A DNA stretch of 44,459 nucleotides from a virus: IMG/VR virus record IMGVR_UViG_3300010300_000001; one strand, 5' to 3'. The notes beneath the pieces were generated by a model. The model ran no database searches, was not told the origin of the DNA, and saw only the letters and a program-made list of their open reading frames with translations. The position numbers and the translations under genes are program-made. Below are positions 26,899-34,480 of this stretch, piece after piece (the first letter of the stretch is position 1; each line of letters starts with the position of its first letter).

Positions 26899-27580
26899 CC
26901 GGCCCGAGCGCCCCCTGCCCAAAAAGCGATTGCTCCTTGAGGGCTGCCCAATCTTGCAGCTTGCGTTGAGCTGCGGCAAACCGCTGCTGGGCGCCAGCGG
27001 TGTTGTTGTGTCGATGCAAGTCCGTGTCGGCCATGCCCTTCTTGGGGTGCAGGCCCTGCCACTGGTTCGCGGTGGACTCCTCCATCATCCATATGAGGAG
27101 CTCGCGGCCATGCTGCTGCCATTTCTTGCCCGTAAGCCAGAGGCGGCAGGTCTTTTCGGTCCACGCCCTGGCGCGAATGTCCTCGCGCATGAGGTGGTAC
27201 TCGGTCCAGGCGTGCGTCAGCAGACGGTCGTCTTTTAGCGGCGGCTCATGCAGCATGCGGCGCCACGGCTTTTCTCCAGTTGCGCGGCGGGCCTTGAGCT
27301 CTCGCTGTACGACCCACGGCAAAGATAGCGCGTTGCGCTCGACCAGGCCGACGCCGGCCAGTTCGTCCCAGGCTGCTCGCACTTGCGCCGCGTCCATGCG
27401 CAGGCTGGCGGCGAGCTCGAACTGCATCTCATCAGGTGTTGGAAACGGGAGCACCCGCTCGCTGTTCCTGGCCATCCAGTTCATCATCCATACGGCCACG
27501 GCCAGGCCGCCGTGCGACAACTTCGCACAAGCGGCCTCCCATGCCAGTACGTCTATGCAGAGCACTGGTCGTTCAGGCAT
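26855..27580 (-). CDS. Replication organiser-like protein (DUF1376/YdaU-like winged-helix N-terminus)
   Basis: GGAGG 5 nt upstream of the ATG at 27580. The N-terminal motif LSHGGLAVAVWMMNWMARNSERVLPFP...AAQVRAAWDELAGVGLVER fits the DUF1376 pattern. Confidence 0.4.
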   Translation of the reverse strand: MPERPVLCIDVLAWEAACAKLSHGGLAVAVWMMNWMARNSERVLPFPTPDEMQFELAASLRMDAAQVRAAWDELAGVGLVERNALSLPWVVQRELKARRATGEKPWRRMLHEPPLKDDRLLTHAWTEYHLMREDIRARAWTEKTCRLWLTGKKWQQHGRELLIWMMEESTANQWQGLHPKKGMADTDLHRHNNTAGAQQRFAAAQRKLQDWAALKEQSLFGQGALGPDDNDGITDSDIEVF

Positions 27581-27932
27581 TCTTCCTCCAAACCGTCCAG
27601 CCAAACAGACGCACGGCAGCCCACATGGTGTAGCGCTTCACCTTGTTGACGCCAGCCTCGCGCATCATGCGCCTGAAGATGCCGTCCGCGTCTTTGCGGC
27701 TGACTTCCCGCGTCACGTACAGATGGTCGTGAATGACGGCCGCTTTGAGATACCGCCCGAACGGCGGCAAAACGTGCCACAAGAAGCGCGGCACGGATGC
27801 ACCGTCGGTAGTAAAGCCGGCGTCTACGAAGAACTGCTTTTCGGCGCCTGTATAGCGCAGGGGCCTGACAAGGGTCCATTCGCCCTTGCCGCCGCTGGGC
27901 TCCCTGATCACTAGATCGTCAATAAACGGCAT
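27573..27932 (-). CDS. DUF1353-family protein
   Basis: FVDAGFTTDGASVPRFLWHVLPPFGRYLKAAVIHDHLY matches the DUF1353 signature (TDGaS.P ... HD.lY). Confidence 0.65.
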   Translation of the reverse strand: MPFIDDLVIREPSGGKGEWTLVRPLRYTGAEKQFFVDAGFTTDGASVPRFLWHVLPPFGRYLKAAVIHDHLYVTREVSRKDADGIFRRMMREAGVNKVKRYTMWAAVRLFGWTVWRKNA

Positions 27933-29236
27933 CAGCTTACAAGGAGCTCCTCAAGCTCTGCTGCGGTGTAGGCGATGAACCGGCCCGACCGGCTGCTACC
28001 GATTCGGCCAATGTGTTTCATCACCGACTCCCGGTCGTAGAACCGAACGGTTCCGTTGACGAGCGGCCCACCGTACTCCGCATCAAGGTCGATAGCAGGC
28101 TTGGTGCCGCCGATGTCGAAGCGGTTAATGTGGACTTCTTGGACCCCGCTGATCATCACCGCTGCCCGGTTCTTCTCAGGGCGATCCGTGTCAGGGCTGT
28201 AGCGAAGCCCGTTGATCCACAGTTCGGGGCAGGAGTACATCCCCTTAGGAATGGGCTCATCATCCTTGTAGAGGCGGGGCTGCCACCACGGAACGTCCTT
28301 TCCGTTGGCGACCCAAGCTCCCTTGTAGGCATCCGTCCACACCGCGAGCGCGCTGATCGCGTTGAACACGTTGACCCCAGTCAGAACGATGGGGCCGCAG
28401 AAGCCAGCGAACGTGATTTCCGATGCGTCACGAAATTCGTGGTAACGAGCGTTGATCACGATCGCCTGGATGTGGGCTGACCCATTCAGCCCACTAGGGG
28501 GCTGCACCGGGTTGCCATGGTAGTAGCCCGACTCCGTACGCCCGCCCCTGCTCGTCACTTGGATGGCGTTGCCGCCCGTGTCTGCAAAGTCGCAGTTGTA
28601 GATGAGCAGGTTGCGGACATGCTCGCAATAGACCGAGTGCTCTCTTGCCGAGTCGAACCTAGAGTTCAGGAGAAAAAGGGAGTGATCAGACTGCGGGTGC
28701 AGGTGCATCTTGCAGCCGTAGCCCTTCCACTCTGTAGTGCCCGGCTTCTTCGAGAACGTGCAGTCGTCAAAGTACAGGGTGCCCGCAAAGTCGGCAGCCT
28801 TGTCAGAGTTGAAGTAGTCTTCGCCCTCCGTCACGCCGTCAGGCTGGTGGTCTTGGACGCCAGCGGCGAACATTGCACCGTCGGGCTGTAGGAGTACCCT
28901 GGTAAAGCAGGCCCGGTTGAACCTGCCTTCGGTGTAGATGCCAGTTACGGTGGTGCCAGAGAGAGCCCCAGGCGCAGCGGGGTTGACGATTTTTCCCTTC
29001 CAGTTCTCCGTGATAGGGTACACCGGCTCCTCTAAGGCGCGGGGAATAATCGGCTCCGGCGGCGGGCTCCAACCATCGGGCCCAGGCTCAGGCTCAGGCC
29101 CAGGCCCAGGCTCAGGCCCAGGCCCCGGTTGCGGGTGGTTCACGCGGTTGTCCAGCCGCGCAACGATGGCGTCAAGGTCCGACTGCACCCCTTGAAGCGC
29201 TATCAGCATCTGCTTCTCGAACGGATCGTCACTCAT
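27932..29236 (-). CDS. Right-handed beta-helix (pectate-lyase/depolymerase-like) protein with an N-terminal helix and a PG/PE linker
   Basis: The true start is the ATG at 29236, with CCAGGAGGACAGAAAG upstream. The track start at 29419 runs through the upstream small gene. The linker is PGPGPEPGPGPEPEPGP, and the repetitive strand pattern includes ...NCDFADTGGNAIQVTSRGG... Confidence 0.55.
   Translation of the reverse strand: MSDDPFEKQMLIALQGVQSDLDAIVARLDNRVNHPQPGPGPEPGPGPEPEPGPDGWSPPPEPIIPRALEEPVYPITENWKGKIVNPAAPGALSGTTVTGIYTEGRFNRACFTRVLLQPDGAMFAAGVQDHQPDGVTEGEDYFNSDKAADFAGTLYFDDCTFSKKPGTTEWKGYGCKMHLHPQSDHSLFLLNSRFDSAREHSVYCEHVRNLLIYNCDFADTGGNAIQVTSRGGRTESGYYHGNPVQPPSGLNGSAHIQAIVINARYHEFRDASEITFAGFCGPIVLTGVNVFNAISALAVWTDAYKGAWVANGKDVPWWQPRLYKDDEPIPKGMYSCPELWINGLRYSPDTDRPEKNRAAVMISGVQEVHINRFDIGGTKPAIDLDAEYGGPLVNGTVRFYDRESVMKHIGRIGSSRSGRFIAYTAAELEELLVS
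29078..29128 (-). repeat. Tandem GGCCCAGGCTCA-type repeats encoding the PG/PE linker
   Basis: cccaggctcaggctcaggcccaggcccaggctcaggcccaggcccc on the plus strand. Confidence 0.8.
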
Positions 29237-29378
29237 CTTTCTGTCCTCCTGGAAAATCGTCGCTGTAGGGGTCGTTGTCGCCCCATTCCTCAATCGGCGG
29301 GCACGCGCACTCAAACGCGTGCTTGTCGTGAACCGTGCAGTACCAATCCTGGCACAGTTCGCACATGATCCAGACCAT
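29229..29378 (-). CDS. Small Cys/His-rich protein (49 aa), below the ORF-track size cutoff
   Basis: Hand translation gives MVWIMCELCQDWYCTVHDKHAFECACPPIEEWGDNDPYSDDFPGGQKDE. Its ATG directly abuts the recT TAG, and its stop overlaps the next ATG. Confidence 0.5.
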   Translation of the reverse strand: MVWIMCELCQDWYCTVHDKHAFECACPPIEEWGDNDPYSDDFPGGQKDE

Positions 29379-30062
29379 CTATTGCTGGTCCGGGTCCATA
29401 GACTTGGCGGCGCCGTCAAACAGGTCGATCACGTTCACCATGTCTTCGCTGGTAGGCGGCGCATCCTTCTGCGGTTCGGGATCAGGCGTCTCGACCTGCT
29501 GCTCCAGCGGGTGCACTTCAGCCTTGACCTCGCGCTCCTGCCACTGCTCGACCTCATCCTCGAGCATGATGCCTCCGATGCCGTAGGCTAGGCGGGCGGC
29601 CTGACAGAACGCCCTGTTTCGCAGCATACGGTTCGGCATGTTCCGCCATGGCTCCGTGTTGCGCTTGCACTCCTCCAGGTACTCCCGCACGGTCGTGGGC
29701 TTGGCCTTGCGCTTGTCGTGCACGCTGCACTCGACCCAGCTTCCGTCATCTGCATAGGCAAAGGTAGTGCCGTCGTGGTTGGGCTGGCGGGCGACCAAGG
29801 CGGCCCAGCCGTCGTAGCCCATCATGGGGACAATGCCCCCACCCTTGGCCGGGAACGCGTACAGCTGCTTGAGGAACGGGTTGAGGCCGTACTGGTCAGC
29901 CACGGCAAGGAAAGCCATGACCTCTTCTTTCTTGGCCTGCGGTGACGGCATGACCGTCCGCATCACGGTGTCGTAATAATCCTTTGCGCTAACGCCGGTG
30001 GCGGAAGCCAAACGGTGCAGTAGCGCGCCCGGAGCGCCGTTAGTAGTAGTCAGTTCAGTCAT
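29379..30062 (-). CDS. recT: RecT-family single-strand annealing protein
   Basis: MMGYDGWAALV..., PWRNMPNRMLRNRAFCQAARLAYGIGGI are typical RecT motifs. The probable start at 30062 overlaps the upstream stop by 8 nt. Confidence 0.8.
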   Translation of the reverse strand: MTELTTTNGAPGALLHRLASATGVSAKDYYDTVMRTVMPSPQAKKEEVMAFLAVADQYGLNPFLKQLYAFPAKGGGIVPMMGYDGWAALVARQPNHDGTTFAYADDGSWVECSVHDKRKAKPTTVREYLEECKRNTEPWRNMPNRMLRNRAFCQAARLAYGIGGIMLEDEVEQWQEREVKAEVHPLEQQVETPDPEPQKDAPPTSEDMVNVIDLFDGAAKSMDPDQQ

Positions 30063-30324
30063 TGGTCTCGTACGGGTAAACGGTGAACGCCCCATCGGGC
30101 AAGTCGGGGTCAGCGGTGATTTGAATGCCGAGTGCTGTGAACGTCGTCACGGCAGTCAGGTCGCCGGGGATGTAGATGTCCCTGATCGTCAGCTCGCGCA
30201 GCACGCCGCTAACGTCCCTGGTCGGAATTTTGATGCAGGCTACCTGCGGGACGCCGCGCTCATCCATGAGGTTGCAGTAGCGGTTGAGCGTCTCGAGGAA
30301 GGTGATGGCGGAGGAGTTACTCAT
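30055..30324 (-). CDS. Hypothetical protein (89 aa)
   Basis: GGAGG 6 nt upstream of the ATG at 30324. The track start at 30354 lacks a ribosome-binding site. Confidence 0.55.
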   Translation of the reverse strand: MSNSSAITFLETLNRYCNLMDERGVPQVACIKIPTRDVSGVLRELTIRDIYIPGDLTAVTTFTALGIQITADPDLPDGAFTVYPYETND

Positions 30325-30350
30325 CGTTCGCCTCCAGCTCAGCAGTGCGG

Positions 30351-30746
30351 TCACTCACCCTGCACCTCCTCGGCGTGGATCTGCACCAGCTCGCGGAGAA
30401 GTCCACGGTCGACGGTGATCCAGCTGTAGCGGGGCAGCGGGCGCTCGCCGAAGCCGGTCTCGACGGCGTCTAGGGTCAGGCTCAGGTCCGAGCCGTCCAT
30501 CGGCAGCAGGCCGAGCCCTCGGGCACGCTTCAGCAGCGCGACCGTCTGCTCGAGCGGCGCCTCCTGGATCGCGGCCACCACGGCCTGGCAGGCCATGGCC
30601 TTGCGCTGGCTGTCCGTCCAGCCGGCCTCGGCGGGCCACTCAGACCAGTCCGAGCCGGTGTCCAGGGGTTCGTCGATGACCTGGGCAGCGCTCGCCAGAG
30701 CGAAGCCGAGGACGCCTGCGAGGGCGAGCTGCGCCGGGGAGCTCAT
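30351..30746 (-). CDS. Hypothetical protein with a signal-peptide-like N-terminus
   Basis: The N-terminus is MSSPAQLALAGVLGFALASAAQV. ATGA overlap with the exonuclease stop. Confidence 0.55.
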   Translation of the reverse strand: MSSPAQLALAGVLGFALASAAQVIDEPLDTGSDWSEWPAEAGWTDSQRKAMACQAVVAAIQEAPLEQTVALLKRARGLGLLPMDGSDLSLTLDAVETGFGERPLPRYSWITVDRGLLRELVQIHAEEVQGE

Positions 30747-31597
30747 CGGGCAGCCTCCTGGTGCTTCAGCCAGCCCGGCATGGGCAGGACTTCGATTTCG
30801 GGTTTGGCTTCCGGTGCGTCAATGTTGGCCAGCGCTTGATCAACCAGGCCGTCTGCTCGCGCCATCCACGTTCGCATGTCCCACAGCCTCACCTGGTACG
30901 GCGGGTTCTTTTCCACGGCCAGAATCAGTTGGCCGGCCACGTCGCCCACCGCCGCCTGCCATGCCCTGGTGTACCAGGCCAGCTGGAGGTCGTAGTAGTA
31001 GTCCGTGGCCACGTAGTGGAACGGCCTGGCGCCCCAGTGCGTCGTGCCGGCGTTCTGGCAAGTTTTCACATCCAGAAGCCACGCGCCGTCCGGCGAGTCG
31101 ATCCACGCGTCTACACGGGCCTTGCAAGAGTGCCCGCAGTCCGTCACCCACGTGATGGTCCGTTCGGCGCCGGACAGGCTTTCAATGTAACGGCTCCAGT
31201 GCGGGTGCTCTTTGACTGCGTTGGCAGCCGCGCGAGCCTGCTTCATTTCGTGGGCCAGCAGCAAAGCCTTGCCCGGCGCCTGGTCGGCCTTCCAGGCTTT
31301 GTAGGTCTTCGTTGTGCGCGCCCCACAGCCCGTCTCCGGCGCGACGGCCACATCCTGGTCCAGAGCCTCGGGGGTCAGCAGGAGGGCGTGTACGGCCGTC
31401 CCAATGGCCATGTCGGGGGTGCTGGCCTTGGGCTGGGACTTGCGGGCCTGCCAGAACTCACGGCCCACCAGCAGGTCCTTCAGCTGGCCGCTACTGAGCG
31501 CATCGAGCTCCAGGTAGTTCTGCATGGGCCAGTTGTCGAGAACGCGTCCTGCGCGCTCCTGGGGCGTGCCTACATTGTCTGTGTCTGTGGTTTCCAT
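30743..31597 (-). CDS. PD-(D/E)xK exonuclease (RecE/ExoVIII-like, DUF3799-type), partner of RecT
   Basis: SSGQLKDLL...AIGTAVHALLL is an N-terminal pattern of this family. The nuclease core is ARVDAWIDSPDGAWLLDVKTC (D...D/E-x-K). Located upstream of recT. Confidence 0.7.
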   Translation of the reverse strand: METTDTDNVGTPQERAGRVLDNWPMQNYLELDALSSGQLKDLLVGREFWQARKSQPKASTPDMAIGTAVHALLLTPEALDQDVAVAPETGCGARTTKTYKAWKADQAPGKALLLAHEMKQARAAANAVKEHPHWSRYIESLSGAERTITWVTDCGHSCKARVDAWIDSPDGAWLLDVKTCQNAGTTHWGARPFHYVATDYYYDLQLAWYTRAWQAAVGDVAGQLILAVEKNPPYQVRLWDMRTWMARADGLVDQALANIDAPEAKPEIEVLPMPGWLKHQEAAR

Positions 31598-31824
31598 CTA
31601 GTCGTCCATCCAGTGCTGCCGTTGTGGAATCGGACTTCTAGGGCGACGCGCTGACCGCGCCGTATGCGGTGAGACACCGCTTGGGCCGGCACGTCCGGCA
31701 GAGTGACGTAGCGGTTGGTTCGCCCGTCGTACATTCGCCCCTTCAGACCCTCGACCCACACCCAGCCGCGGGTTCGCACCAGCGCCCGGGCCACGTCAGC
31801 CTGGGTTTGTCGTTTGGCGCTCAT
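31570..31824 (-). CDS. Hypothetical first gene of the leftward block. Start is 31824, or less likely 31860.
   Basis: ORF in frame with the track ORF 31570..31860. A promoter-like element ends 7 nt upstream of the ATG at 31824. Confidence 0.45.
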   Translation of the reverse strand: MSAKRQTQADVARALVRTRGWVWVEGLKGRMYDGRTNRYVTLPDVPAQAVSHRIRRGQRVALEVRFHNGSTGWTTRWKPQTQTM

Positions 31825-31836
31825 GCCAGGTATGCT
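31807..31836 (+). promoter_or_regulatory. Candidate sigma70-like promoter for the rightward RusA/GroES/sulfatase island
   Basis: TTGTCG, an 18-nt spacer, then TATGCT. Its -10 hexamer overlaps the opposite-strand -10 within the near-palindrome TATGCTA. Confidence 0.25.
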
Positions 31837-31860
31837 ACGCTCGAAACGAGCGGCGGGCAA
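31832..31860 (-). promoter_or_regulatory. Candidate sigma70-like promoter for the leftward block
   Basis: Minus strand reads TTGCCC, a 17-nt spacer, then TAGCAT, followed 7 nt later by the ATG at 31824. This would give a leaderless or near-leaderless mRNA. Confidence 0.25.
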
Positions 31861-31900
31861 GCGCGCCCACGCATGACGTAAACCCTTTCAATTCAAGAAG

Positions 31901-32149
31901 ATGACGACTATCAAGCAACGGCACGACAAGCTGGCCGACACACTTTCGCGTGTGCGGGCCGCTACAAACGTGGACGTGCAGATGATTCACGTGGTTGGCA
32001 GCGGCTATAACGGCTACCGTCTGGTGGTGCATGGGGCTGATGGTCAGCCGCTGCAAACTTTGCTGGGTCCCGTTACCATGGCAAGCCTAGAGAAGCACGT
32101 TGCGGGCATGGAACTGGCTGTCGAGCACCTGATCCCCCGCCGCCAATAA
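31901..32149 (+). CDS. Hypothetical protein (82 aa)
   Basis: First ORF of the plus-strand island. No motif recognised. Confidence 0.55.
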   Translation: MTTIKQRHDKLADTLSRVRAATNVDVQMIHVVGSGYNGYRLVVHGADGQPLQTLLGPVTMASLEKHVAGMELAVEHLIPRRQ

Positions 32150-32151
32150 TC

Positions 32152-32715
32152 TTGGCTGATATCAGTCGCTTTTCTGTCTGGGTGCCCGGCCGGCCAGTGC
32201 CGCAGCCTCGGCCGCGATTTGCCGGGCGCCCAATCTATACTGGTCCGGCCTGTCCTGCGTGCAAGCAGCGCCCGCAGCGCCTCAATGTTATGGCCGTGTC
32301 GGTGCCCCGTAAGTCCCCAATTGCCGAGTGGCGCAGTCACATGCGCGACCTGTTCATGCTTGAGGCTCGCGATGTCTGGGCACCGGGCACTACGTGGATC
32401 TGGGGCAGGGACGAGCCGGTGCAGATGCACCTGACGTTCTACCTGCCTCGGCCATCTGACCACTGGGGCCGCAACGAAGCGGGCATCGTGCCCAGGTATC
32501 AGGGCGTGCAGCACACGCGCAAGCCCGACATCGAGAACCTAGCCAAGGCCGTCATGGACGAGGCCGAAGGCACGCTGGTTGAGCGAGACCAGCAAGTCGC
32601 CCGCCTTCTGAGTGAAAAGCTCTATGTCCCCGAAACCAATGACCGCTGCGGGTGCTGGGTCGTGGTTGAACCCTTTGCCGAACGAACAGACACATGGAAA
32701 CCGCCAAGCTTATGA
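32152..32715 (+). CDS. rusA: RusA-family Holliday junction resolvase
   Basis: PQPRPRF near the N-terminus, HLTFYLPRPSDHW, and KPDIENLAKAVMDEAEGTLVERDQQV (compare RusA kpD.DNl.K.v.D). TTG start. Confidence 0.75.
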   Translation: MADISRFSVWVPGRPVPQPRPRFAGRPIYTGPACPACKQRPQRLNVMAVSVPRKSPIAEWRSHMRDLFMLEARDVWAPGTTWIWGRDEPVQMHLTFYLPRPSDHWGRNEAGIVPRYQGVQHTRKPDIENLAKAVMDEAEGTLVERDQQVARLLSEKLYVPETNDRCGCWVVVEPFAERTDTWKPPSL

Positions 32716-33041
32716 ACACGCCGACCCCGAAGGGGGTTCACCTGCTGGACTTTGCCCCTTGGGGACAGAACTGCCTGGTCGAGGTGATGGAGCTCAACCT
32801 GCAAACCGACGGAGGCATCTTCCTGGCTCCGCGCAAGGTCGATGAAGACGACCCTCTTGGCCTGTATCGAGCCGGGGATCCGCCGATGATCGGCCAGGTG
32901 GTAGGCGTTGGCCCTGACGTGAAAGATGCAAAGGTTGGCTGGATGGTGCTGTACGTCAGCAACTCCGGTGTCCCGTTTACCGCGGATAACCGCGAATTCG
33001 TGCTGCTCGAGGAGCCCTGCTTCCTGGCCGTTCAGCAATGA
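32712..33041 (+). CDS. GroES-like co-chaperonin fold protein
   Basis: GroES-like spacing: CLVEV...TDGGIFLAP...IGQVVGVGPDV...KVGWMVLY...REFVLLEEPCFLAV. The ATG at 32712 forms an ATGA overlap with the rusA stop. Confidence 0.55.
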   Translation: MNTPTPKGVHLLDFAPWGQNCLVEVMELNLQTDGGIFLAPRKVDEDDPLGLYRAGDPPMIGQVVGVGPDVKDAKVGWMVLYVSNSGVPFTADNREFVLLEEPCFLAVQQ

Positions 33042-34162
33042 AGCCTACGCTGGTCATAGTTCTGGATGACGTTGGGCCGGCCAACCTGGCCCAAGACTTC
33101 TGTGTGCCTAGCCGCCTGACGCCCGAGCTGGCCGACGGCGTGCTGAAGCAGGCCGTGCGTCACCAGCTATGGACGATGCCGTCGTGCAGCGCAACGCGCG
33201 CGGCTTTGTGGACTCGCCGTTACCCCAGCTCTAATGGCATCGGAACGATCGTGCGCCACAACGACGACCTGGGACTGGACCCTAACCTGGCGGCTTTGCC
33301 CGACGTTGGGCCGGGCCGCCGCGTTTACTACGGAAAGCACCATCTGTGCCCGCAGCAGATGATCAACCTGCATCCAGATGAGATGGGCTGGTCACTATTC
33401 CACGGGCACGCGTCTAACCTGGCGGCCGGCGACCAGGGCGGCTACTACGACTGGCTCGAGACGCGGGAGGGCGAGACTCACATGCAGACGCAGTACGCTC
33501 CGACCGTGATGACGGCCGCAGCGCTCGAGACCATCGCCACCAGCCGCGCGACTCTGGTTGTGGTAGGCATGGCCCTGATCCACAAGCCGTATCACTATCC
33601 GCCCTCCTCCAGCTTCAATGTCGATCAGCCGGAGGCAATGATGCGGCGCCTAGACCAAGATGCGGCGCAGCTTGTCGAAATGGCGCTGTCGTTTGATTGG
33701 CGGGTTGTGATGTTCAGCGACAACGGCGCCACGTCCGACCTCGGCGGCGGCAAGGGGTCGCTGTACCAAGAGGGCATCTGCACAGACCTCTACGTTTGGA
33801 ACCACGACGCCGAGAGCTCAGCGCTCGACGTTGTAGACGTAGGCACGCTGCTAGACGGGCAGCTGTCTGACGACTGGGATGCGCAGCCCATTGGCCGGCG
33901 ACGGTTCCACTTCGCTGAGAAGTTTAGCCCGAACCACAGGGGCCGGCCCGATGAGCCGCCGCCGGGCGCGCACTCCTACGCCATTGCCCGAGATGAGTGG
34001 AAGCTGATCTCCTGGGGCGAAAACCACAAGCCAATAGGCGCGCAGGCCGTGGAGCTCTTCAACCTGGAGGAGGACCCGCGCGAGCAGGTGAACCAGGCCG
34101 TGCACAACAAGCAGGTGGCGCGCGATCTGATCGAGCTGGCGCACGACGAGGTCCTGCTATAA
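33038..34162 (+). CDS. Type I sulfatase-family (alkaline-phosphatase superfamily) protein, 374 aa, no signal peptide
   Basis: VIVLDDVG (metal Asp pair). CSATRAALWTRRYP at nt 33185 onward fits the C/S-x-P/A-x-R formylglycine motif. Also YYGKHHL, MFSDNGA, GGGKGSLYQEGI and ELFNLEEDPREQVN. Confidence 0.75.
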   Translation: MKPTLVIVLDDVGPANLAQDFCVPSRLTPELADGVLKQAVRHQLWTMPSCSATRAALWTRRYPSSNGIGTIVRHNDDLGLDPNLAALPDVGPGRRVYYGKHHLCPQQMINLHPDEMGWSLFHGHASNLAAGDQGGYYDWLETREGETHMQTQYAPTVMTAAALETIATSRATLVVVGMALIHKPYHYPPSSSFNVDQPEAMMRRLDQDAAQLVEMALSFDWRVVMFSDNGATSDLGGGKGSLYQEGICTDLYVWNHDAESSALDVVDVGTLLDGQLSDDWDAQPIGRRRFHFAEKFSPNHRGRPDEPPPGAHSYAIARDEWKLISWGENHKPIGAQAVELFNLEEDPREQVNQAVHNKQVARDLIELAHDEVLL

Positions 34163-34165
34163 GGA

Positions 34166-34199
34166 GGGCCGGAAGCGGAGGGGCATCTGCTTCCGGCCC
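34166..34199 (+). terminator. 11-bp perfect GC hairpin 4 nt after the sulfatase stop
   Basis: GGGCCGGAAGC, a 12-nt loop, then GCTTCCGGCCC. No U tract. Confidence 0.5.
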
Positions 34200-34446
34200 A
34201 GTCTGGCCCCTCGCAGAGCCAGTGGCGCAGTAGCGGAGGAAGGTGCGGTGCCCGCTAAAGCGCCAAAGGGATGACTGCCGAACTATAGGGGCCTGCGCGC
34301 CAGTCCACAAGCACTAGTGCGAGTCCGAAAACCGCATTGGCGGCCTGCCGAACCGCATGGCTGATCAGGGGAGGTAGGGCAAGGCCGCTTGGGTTTCCGG
34401 GACCTGGAAGAAAAAGGAAGCCTTGTGCGGCCTCGCCCTTGAAGGT

Positions 34447-34480
34447 GCGGCCCGGCATTGCCCCCCGGCAGCCGGGCCGC
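34447..34480 (-). terminator. 10-bp GC hairpin about 40 nt downstream of the minus-strand gene ending at 34521
   Basis: GCGGCCCGGC, a 14-nt loop, then GCCGGGCCGC. Confidence 0.45.

Noticed and set aside
34361-34367. CUGAUCA (palindromic, so present on both strands) as a hammerhead core in the 34.2-34.5 kb spacer
   Set aside because: The essential G8 is replaced by C, and no GAAA or stem arrangement follows.
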